Position numbers and translations under genes: made by a program. Below the pieces are notes generated by a model. The model was not told where the DNA came from, searched no databases, and saw nothing but the letters and a program-made list of their open reading frames with translations. Below are positions 57,137-64,000 of a stretch of 64,000 bases of DNA, piece after piece; the stretch's first letter is position 1; every line of letters starts with the position of its first letter. The stretch comes from a virus. The stretch is from positions 1-64,000 of IMG/VR virus record IMGVR_UViG_3300031951_000076; one strand, given 5' to 3'.

Positions 57137-59605
57137 TTAACAATATCCTATTGCTTGTACAAATGATGTTCCTCCAAAAATACCACCTTGAAAACATACA
57201 GTATTACCAGGCGCAAGTGAAAAGTTATTTGACCAGTTAACACAATAATCTGACCAACCACTTACACTTACAAAAAAAGTAGATGTATTTAAATATTCAA
57301 CAGATGGTGCAACTACATATGTAGGAGAAGTGCTAGTAGAACCATCTGTAAAAAATACTCTTAATCTGATTTCAAAAAATGTTGCAACTGGAGGAGTAGC
57401 ATAAAGACTAAGTATATTACATATATTTAAAAAACCAGATTGTACATTAGTTGCAGCAGGACTGCTTTGTGTCCAACTTAACCAATTTTGTTGTCTATGA
57501 TCTAGAAATACAGCGCTAACACATTTACAATTATCACCTAAAAGACCCCATAGAATTGTTTGATTACAACCACTTCCCCCAAAAGGTGCTGATGTAACAG
57601 TTGCTATTGTAGCGCCTGGATAACAAGTTCCACCTGGATTTCCTGAAATAAAAGGTGTGCAAGTATTTGTACCTGAAACACATGCGGGTGCAATTGTTGT
57701 AGTGCTGGTAGAAGTAGTTGTTGGTGGACCTGTCACCACAAAACTATTAGATGCAGGACAAATTCCACTTACACTCACAATTCTTAACTGAACAAGAGAT
57801 CCTATTGGTATTTGAAAAGGTAACACAGTTGATGAAGATAAACAACCTGTACCTCCTACCACATTATTCCAAGGAGTCCAAGATGTACCTGTACCACTTG
57901 TATCAGCTCTAAATTGAACTTGAGAACATGTGTTACAACCTACTGTTGGAATTGTGTAATTTATTTGAACAGTTTGACTACCCGTGCCACCACCTGATAT
58001 TGAACGAGCATCAGTAATTGTTGGAGAACAGCATATTGGAGGAGCTAACGTAGTAGTTGTACTAGTTGATGTTGTGCTAGTAGTCGAAGTGGTAGTCGAA
58101 GTGGTTGTAGTAGATGTAGAAGTTGTTGTTGTAGTTGGATTACATACCCCTCGATTTAATGCTTTAAAACCATAAGGATCAGGAAGATTGCTATTAGGTA
58201 CATTTACCCATAAATTAGATACACAACTTAAAATACAACTAGCTGGGTAAGGACCAGCTAAGGGACTATAAGCTACAATAGCTGATGGTGCAAATGGAGG
58301 TGTTAAAGATGTGTTAGTTGCATAAGCAACAACCCACGCACCTCCTGGCAGATAAGTAGAACTATTATCCCAATATATGTATAGTACTTCAGGATCTGGT
58401 GGATCAACAATAAATTTATACCACACCTTACCATTTACGAGTGTTGTCTCAGGGAATAAACTTTGTTCAATATTACCAAAGTTTTCTGAAAATGCATAAA
58501 AACAAATATTTTCTGGACATTTTCCTAACGCACTACTGCATACTGCAGGTGTTAATGCATTATTACAATCAGGAGTCCATTGATTAGTTGAACTACTTAT
58601 AGGTAAAGCGTTACCACCATTATCAAGTGTTTGAAAAATTGAACCTGCTCCTAAACCATCTATATCCCAAACCCATTTATTAATAGAAGGTAGCCAATAA
58701 ACAGCTAAACTAGTTGCATAACCATACCACACTTTACCATTATATAAAACTGGTGATGTACCGATTGGTAAATCTTCATAACCTAGACCACCTTGTTCTG
58801 CTGCAACTATAAAACACATTGTTGGATCAATAGTAGTTGTAGTTGTTGTGGAACTAGTTGTTGTGGAGCTTGTTGTAGTGCTTGTGCTACTTGTTGTTGA
58901 TGTTGATGTAGTAGTACTTGTTGTTGAAGTACTAGTAGATGTAGTAGTACTAGTTGTTGAAGTAGTAGTTGTAGTGGGGCAATTTTCTAAAAGTGAAGAA
59001 TCTATAAACCCTACACTTGTTCCACCAACTACTTGTGGTGTCCATAATGGAGGATTTATACCATTAGTAACTGGATATTGTGCTGTTGATGGAAGTGTTT
59101 GAATTATTCCACCAAATGATGAATCTTCATGAACCCACTGTGTACCATCATAATACACTCTTCTTAATGGAGAATTGTCAAAAACATATTGAGGTTTACC
59201 ATTTATTTGAGAAGCATTACCGCCTGATGATAATTGTATATTATAAAAACAAGCATTACCTACACATTCTATATATAAATTAAAACATATATTAGGAAAT
59301 ACAGTAGTTGTGGTCGTAGTAGAAGATGTTGTAGTTGTTGAAGAAGTTGTACTACTTGTGGTGGTGCTAGTTGATGTACTGGTAGTAGTAGTTGGTAAAA
59401 TAATTGGTATATTACAACTACTAGTATTTGACGTAGCTATTAAAGCTATTACACCTGGTGATACATCAACTAGCATGCCTGCTAACAAATCTGCTGTATT
59501 TACAACAGATGGGTTAACAGTACCGCCAGCAGGTATTGTAGATAAAGTCATCGTTGGACCAAATCCAGAACCAAGAGGACCATTTATTTGTACAAATACA
59601 AACAT
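57137..59605 (-). CDS. Thr/Ser-rich mucin-like structural/fibre protein (822 aa)
   Basis: Four poly-T/S tracts; three ~100-aa repeats (CF..NGK(P/V)xY..W..W); two FN3-like C-terminal domains; Cys-rich. Confidence 0.8.
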   Translation of the reverse strand: MFVFVQINGPLGSGFGPTMTLSTIPAGGTVNPSVVNTADLLAGMLVDVSPGVIALIATSNTSSCNIPIILPTTTTSTSTSTTTSSTTSSTTTTSSTTTTTTVFPNICFNLYIECVGNACFYNIQLSSGGNASQINGKPQYVFDNSPLRRVYYDGTQWVHEDSSFGGIIQTLPSTAQYPVTNGINPPLWTPQVVGGTSVGFIDSSLLENCPTTTTTSTTSTTTSTSTSTTSTTTSTSTTSSTSTTTSSTTTSSTTTTTTIDPTMCFIVAAEQGGLGYEDLPIGTSPVLYNGKVWYGYATSLAVYWLPSINKWVWDIDGLGAGSIFQTLDNGGNALPISSSTNQWTPDCNNALTPAVCSSALGKCPENICFYAFSENFGNIEQSLFPETTLVNGKVWYKFIVDPPDPEVLYIYWDNSSTYLPGGAWVVAYATNTSLTPPFAPSAIVAYSPLAGPYPASCILSCVSNLWVNVPNSNLPDPYGFKALNRGVCNPTTTTTSTSTTTTSTTTSTTSTTSTSTTTTLAPPICCSPTITDARSISGGGTGSQTVQINYTIPTVGCNTCSQVQFRADTSGTGTSWTPWNNVVGGTGCLSSSTVLPFQIPIGSLVQLRIVSVSGICPASNSFVVTGPPTTTSTSTTTIAPACVSGTNTCTPFISGNPGGTCYPGATIATVTSAPFGGSGCNQTILWGLLGDNCKCVSAVFLDHRQQNWLSWTQSSPAATNVQSGFLNICNILSLYATPPVATFFEIRLRVFFTDGSTSTSPTYVVAPSVEYLNTSTFFVSVSGWSDYCVNWSNNFSLAPGNTVCFQGGIFGGTSFVQAIGYC

Positions 59606-59617
59606 ACTTTATATAAA

Positions 59618-60250
59618 TTAAGAAATCTTCTTAACAAAAATTCTAGTTGGTGTATTATTAGCATCTGAAGGGAATGGTGACTGTGCACTTGGGTTCATAC
59701 AAACACTATAATAACCAGCAGCTGTTACTTCAAGTATAAGTGTAGCATTAATTATCTGATCAGCAGCTGCAGCTTCAACTGATTTATAATCATTCAAAAG
59801 AGTAATTGAACTCATTGCTCCACCTGATGTAGTAGAAGAAGATACTCTTACAAGGATATCAACATTACTAGTAAAATCAAAAAAGTGAATTTGAGTAGTT
59901 ATCTCATAAATACCAGGTTGCTTAAAATGAATACGAGCTCCTTGGTTAGCATTAGTTCCAGCTACAGATCCAGAATTAACAAGCTCAAACACATCTGTAT
60001 TTGTGTTAAATAGTACACTGTTCCATGGAATGTAGTTATCTATTCCATTTGTCATATTACCATATTGAGCACTTGTAGGATAAGCTCCTCCTGATCCAGG
60101 GTTAACCCAGCTAAATCCAGCTGAAGGAGTTGTGAAGTTCTCTTTTTTCACCCTGTAGGTGGTTGCTCCTGTACTGTCATTCATTACAATTTCAGCACCC
60201 TGCGTGTTCCCAGTAAATAAAGGAAGAGCAGAAATTTTTACGTTAGGCAT
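59618..60250 (-). CDS. C1q/TNF-like jelly-roll fibre-tip protein (210 aa)
   Basis: KISALP N-terminus typical of fibre proteins; IPWNSVLFN, HFKQPGIYEITTQI, LEVTAAGYYSV strands. Confidence 0.65.
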   Translation of the reverse strand: MPNVKISALPLFTGNTQGAEIVMNDSTGATTYRVKKENFTTPSAGFSWVNPGSGGAYPTSAQYGNMTNGIDNYIPWNSVLFNTNTDVFELVNSGSVAGTNANQGARIHFKQPGIYEITTQIHFFDFTSNVDILVRVSSSTTSGGAMSSITLLNDYKSVEAAAADQIINATLILEVTAAGYYSVCMNPSAQSPFPSDANNTPTRIFVKKIS

Positions 60251-60289
60251 AGTTTTTAAAATTTAAAAGTTAAAATATTTAGGGTTATA

Positions 60290-60297
60290 CAAATATA
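60290..60297 (-). promoter_or_regulatory. TATATTTG -7 element upstream of the C1q-like gene
   Basis: Exact TAnnTTTG match in the intergenic region. Confidence 0.45.
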
Positions 60298-60304
60298 ATA
60301 TAAT

Positions 60305-63300
60305 CTATTGTTCTGTTATTAACAAATCATTGTTTTCAGCTTGAAGCTCATCATTTAATTCAGTTGATATAAAGTTACTAGGATCTGCAGTGGTAGTAGT
60401 TGTAGTACTAGTAGAAGTTGTACTTGTTGTAGTTGGAGTCGTACAAGTACCATCAATATATTCAATTTCAACAGCATCTGTACTTGAAATTGTTAAAGAT
60501 GATGTTGTATAATTTCCAGTACCTATAACATCTATACACTCAACTATAACACTGTTAATTTTAATATTAAGTTTTGATGTAGGTGCAGCTGTTCCTATAT
60601 TAATAGTCAAAGCACCAACATAACCACCATGAACACCTTCTGCAGTTTGACCATTTGTAACAGGTAAACTACCTACTGTTATAATATACCAAGAAGGTGT
60701 AATATTATCTAAACTAGATCCTGCAGATGTATTATTAGTTACAAACAAACTTCCAGAAGGTAATGTTGTTGTGGTTGTAGTACTAGTTGTTGTGGTCGTA
60801 CTAGTTGAGGTAGTCGTTGTTGTAGTAGGTTCCTCTGTAGTAGTTGTTGTTGTACTAGTTGTAGACGTTGTTGATGTCGTAGTAGTAGTAGGCTCTTCTG
60901 TAGTCGTAGTTGTAGTACTTGTTGTGGTCGGTTCTTCAGTTGTCGTAGTAGTTGTTGAAGTAGTTGTAGTTGTGCTTGTGGTAGTTGTAGGACATATTGA
61001 TTGCTCTATAACTAAATCTTCATCATTCTCAGCAGTTATGGAATCATCTCCTTCACTTGCTAACAAACATAAAGTAGCAGGATCTATTGTAGTAGTTGTA
61101 GTTGTACTGGTTGTAGAAGTAGTGGTAGTGGTTGGCTCCTCTGTAGTAGTAGTGGTCGTACTAGTTGAAGTAGTCGTAGTTGTAGGTTCCTCTGTGGTTG
61201 TAGTAGTTGTAGAAGTTGTACTAGTAGTAGGTTCTTCCGTAGTCGTAGTTGTAGTACTGCTACTAGTAGTAGTTGTGGTAGGTTCTTCTGTTGTAGTTGT
61301 TGTAGTAGAAGATGTTGTTGTACTGCTAGTAGTAGTAGTTGTTGGTGCACAAGACTGACAATCGTTAGGGAAACCTGATAGCAAACATCCAACTTCACAT
61401 GGGGTAGTTGTTATATCCCCAGTTATATTAATTGGTGTTCCAGCAAGAACACAAGCTGTTATAGTGATGTTTGTTCCTATTATACCAATAGTATCTGGAG
61501 TTCCGTTACATTGTATATAATCTATATTTCCTCCTACTGTAGGGCCTGAAGTAAAGCTATAGCAGAAGCAACAAGACTCAGCTACAATATTATCATCATT
61601 CTCAGCTGTTATAGGATCATCACTTTCAGTAGATATGAAACACAATGTAGCTGGATCTAACGTGGTAGTAGTCGTAGTGCTTGACGTTGTGGTAGTACTA
61701 GTTGAAGTTGTAGTAGTGGTGGGTTCTTCAGTTGTTGTAGTTGTAGTTGTCGGCTCCTCAGTAGTAGTAGTAGTGGTTGTAGGTTCCTCAGTAGTAGTAG
61801 TAGTGGTAGTACTTGTACTTGTTGTAGTAGTCGAAGTAGTAGTTGTACAAGTTGTTACAAAACTTTTTGCTCTTACATTTCCTAAAGAATCTGTAAATGC
61901 TATCCAATAAGTTCCTACAGCAACACCTCCTTGTGAATATACTACAGATGTACCAACTGTCCAACTAGTATTAGATAATGCTGCAGCTTCACTTGTAAAC
62001 CAAAAATTACCAAAAGCATAACCTGTGCCTGAACCTCCTGTTGGGTTATTTGCTGTAACCTCAATTGATTGAGTTGCAGCATTTACGCATACTACAGATA
62101 CTATATCAAAGTCTAATGGACAAGGTGATTGTTCTATAGCTAAATTATCATCATTTTCCCCTGTTATAGGATCATTCCCTTCTGTAGCTATCAAACAAAA
62201 TGTAGCAGGATCTAATGTTGTACTAGTTGTTGTCGTTGTTGTGCTAGTGGTACTAGTTGTAGTAGTAGACGTTGTAGGTTCTTCAGTTGTTGTGGTCGTT
62301 GTAGTACTTGATGTTGTTGTTGTCGTAGGTTCTTCTGTGGTTGTCGTAGTTGTACTAGTACTTGTTGTAGTAGACGTTGTAGTGGTGCTTGTGCTACTTG
62401 TAGTTGTAGTTGTACTAGTAGTAGTTGTCCCAGGACTATCACATAATAAACCAAATGCAAAGTTAGTTCTGTATTCACTATATGTAGCCTGAATCTGAAT
62501 TTGTGTATGTGTTCCGGGAAACTGTACAATACCATAACCTTCATTACCAGATATAGTGTAACTATTAGATCCAAATACTACACCGCTGTCTCCCACTGTA
62601 AGGTCTGTTGGTGTAACAGCACAAGGTCCAGCAGCATTAAATCCACATCCAGGAAGTTCAATAAATGGTACATTAGGTTTAAACAACTGCTGTGTTACAG
62701 GGCTACCCAAAGACCATATACCAAGAATAGGATCAGCAATTGGTGATGAGAAATTAAAGGTGATTGTCACTATTCCAGCAATATTACCTTTAATATAGTA
62801 TGAATTACCACTTGGTGCAACATTACCATAACTTGTACAAGTAATACCATTAGTACATTGTACAGGTTCAACACCTGTGGGATTAAGAGGATCAAATCCA
62901 TCACCAGGACCTGCAGGACCATTGGTAGACATTGTGATACCAATTATACCTTGTTTAGCAGTATTTATAGATCCTTCAGTATAATTATCACCAACATTCT
63001 GCCATACAATTTGACAAAGTGTAGTAGTAGTTGTTGTTACAGGACATTCTTCAGTTCTAAGTTGATCATCATTTTCTGCTGTAATTGGTTCATCAGCTTC
63101 AGTAGCAAGTAAACAAATATTGTTTGGATCTTCAGTAGTAGTAGTTGTAGTAGAAGATGTAGTAGAAGATGTTGTAGAAGATGTTGTAGGGATTGTACCT
63201 GTACCACCACCATTGCTACAAGGATCTTCTGTAGTTGTAGTTGTAGTGGATGTTGTTGTAGTAGTAGACGTAGTTGTTGTAGGACAAGCACTTGCATCAC

Positions 63301-64000
63301 CACTTCCTGGAACAGTACAAGGTGGTTCATATATACATAAATCAAATGTACCAATTTGACCACTCGATGGTCCACCATACCCCCAAAATCTTACATAAAT
63401 TGTATCGCCAGATGTTAATCCTGTTAAATGTATAAACGGCATTGATGAACCTGATACATCGTCAACACAATAAGTTTGTGTAAGAGATTGACAATCTGAA
63501 CCTTCGTAAATTGCTAAAGCACCATCTGTAATTTGATTTGCTCTTGTACTTACAAGCACATTACCGCTGGCAGGAACTATAAATCTTAACCATAAATCAT
63601 GACCTAAATAATTTCCACAAGTTGGAATTGGTAAAGATGCACCTATACTAGGAGTTGTATATGTTGTATAAACACAATTACACTGAACTGGAACTAATGT
63701 TGAAACACAAGCATTTGTTCCTGGTTGAGCTGTTGTAGTAGTTGTAGTTGAAGTAGTACTTGTTGTTGATGATGTAGTACTAGTACTTGTTGATGTAGAT
63801 GTAGTTGTCGTTGAAGTAGATGTGCTAGTAGTTGATGTGGTAGTGGTTGTTGTGGATGTAGTTGTAGTGGTACATCTTAGATTTAGTTTATCTAATATAA
63901 TATCTACAACTTCTTGAACATTCATTCCTTTTTTTACACCAGCGCAATCGTAGTCACTTCCATTATAAACAATACACTCTGACTCAACAATAATATCACA
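60305..64000 (-). CDS. mucin-like Thr-rich modular fibre/spike protein (5'-partial, >1231 aa)
   Basis: Frame stays open past ATG 63925 to the window end (CDIIVESECIVYNGSDYDCAGVKKG); poly-Thr tracts, ~12 EEP(T)n units, 5 acidic repeats, interspersed beta domains. Confidence 0.85.
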   Translation of the reverse strand, partial: CDIIVESECIVYNGSDYDCAGVKKGMNVQEVVDIILDKLNLRCTTTTTSTTTTTTSTTSTSTSTTTTSTSTSTSTTSSTTSTTSTTTTTTAQPGTNACVSTLVPVQCNCVYTTYTTPSIGASLPIPTCGNYLGHDLWLRFIVPASGNVLVSTRANQITDGALAIYEGSDCQSLTQTYCVDDVSGSSMPFIHLTGLTSGDTIYVRFWGYGGPSSGQIGTFDLCIYEPPCTVPGSGDASACPTTTTSTTTTTSTTTTTTEDPCSNGGGTGTIPTTSSTTSSTTSSTTTTTTEDPNNICLLATEADEPITAENDDQLRTEECPVTTTTTTLCQIVWQNVGDNYTEGSINTAKQGIIGITMSTNGPAGPGDGFDPLNPTGVEPVQCTNGITCTSYGNVAPSGNSYYIKGNIAGIVTITFNFSSPIADPILGIWSLGSPVTQQLFKPNVPFIELPGCGFNAAGPCAVTPTDLTVGDSGVVFGSNSYTISGNEGYGIVQFPGTHTQIQIQATYSEYRTNFAFGLLCDSPGTTTTSTTTTTSSTSTTTTSTTTSTSTTTTTTEEPTTTTTSSTTTTTTTEEPTTSTTTTSTTSTTTTTTSTTLDPATFCLIATEGNDPITGENDDNLAIEQSPCPLDFDIVSVVCVNAATQSIEVTANNPTGGSGTGYAFGNFWFTSEAAALSNTSWTVGTSVVYSQGGVAVGTYWIAFTDSLGNVRAKSFVTTCTTTTSTTTTSTSTTTTTTTEEPTTTTTTTEEPTTTTTTTEEPTTTTTSTSTTTTSSTTTTTTLDPATLCFISTESDDPITAENDDNIVAESCCFCYSFTSGPTVGGNIDYIQCNGTPDTIGIIGTNITITACVLAGTPINITGDITTTPCEVGCLLSGFPNDCQSCAPTTTTTSSTTTSSTTTTTTEEPTTTTTSSSTTTTTTEEPTTSTTSTTTTTTEEPTTTTTSTSTTTTTTEEPTTTTTSTTSTTTTTTIDPATLCLLASEGDDSITAENDEDLVIEQSICPTTTTSTTTTTSTTTTTTEEPTTTSTTTTTTEEPTTTTTSTTSTTSTTTTTTEEPTTTTTTSTSTTTTTSTTTTTTLPSGSLFVTNNTSAGSSLDNITPSWYIITVGSLPVTNGQTAEGVHGGYVGALTINIGTAAPTSKLNIKINSVIVECIDVIGTGNYTTSSLTISSTDAVEIEYIDGTCTTPTTTSTTSTSTTTTTTADPSNFISTELNDELQAENNDLLITEQ
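60310..63125 (-). repeat. five copies of acidic repeat (L/I)x(T/S)ExxDxIxAENxDxLxxE, each following a poly-Thr tract
   Basis: LLATEADEPITAENDDQLRTE, LIATEGNDPITGENDDNLAIE, FISTESDDPITAENDDNIVAE, LLASEGDDSITAENDEDLVIE, FISTELNDELQAENNDLLITE. Confidence 0.85.

Noticed and set aside
57984-63359. Poly-Val ORFs on the + strand (e.g. 58848-59102, 60771-61358, 61635-61910)
   Set aside because: Antisense shadows of Thr codon runs; no independent start context
60305-63900. GTA/GTT-rich repeats as a CRISPR array or non-coding microsatellite
   Set aside because: No constant repeat with unique spacers; all four Thr codons are mixed in one open frame, so the repetition is at protein level
63923-63925. 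ATG at 63925 as the true start of the mucin-like gene
   Set aside because: The frame is open to the window end with protein-like Cys-rich sequence, so the gene is 5'-truncated
1-64000. Stop-codon reassignment as in some crAss-like phages
   Set aside because: Genes up to 11.7 kb are open in code 11, and TAG (681, 60305) and TGA (51475, 56176) end genes at sensible junctions; no suppressor tRNA seen
57137-64000. Diversity-generating retroelement or invertible tail-fibre cassette
   Set aside because: No reverse transcriptase, recombinase, TR/VR pair or inverted-repeat-flanked cassette visible in this window

Overview
AT-rich, densely coding segment of a large Bacteroidota-infecting crAss-like phage (Crassvirales-type gene organisation, standard code 11; all family calls are from motifs recognised by eye, no searches run). 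1-8082 (+): replication/DNA-metabolism block with PD-(D/E)XK nuclease, family B DNA polymerase, DUF932-like protein, dNMP kinase, spore-photoproduct-lyase-like radical SAM and small ORFs. It converges at a bidirectional terminator (~8083-8111) on a long (-) strand virion block. That block holds three giant ejected proteins, including a 3889-aa DFDID-type virion RNA polymerase fused to ART-like, SLOG, Macro-like, SF1 helicase and zincin domains. It also holds cargo proteins punctuated by xxxGG motifs, muzzle/ring/IHF-like tail genes, a metallophosphoesterase, a three-gene glycosyltransferase/FkbM cluster, and two Thr/Ser-rich mucin-like proteins flanking a C1q-like protein. Main discoveries: (1) a candidate phage-encoded protein O-glycosylation system beside mucin-like fibre substrates; (2) only four cysteines in 7,491 aa of the three ejected giants, placed at the two gene junctions, suggesting head-to-tail disulfide chaining; (3) an ADP-ribose writer/reader/nucleotide-sensor array carried on the injected RNAP. 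No tRNA, rRNA, CRISPR array, intron or intein was seen.
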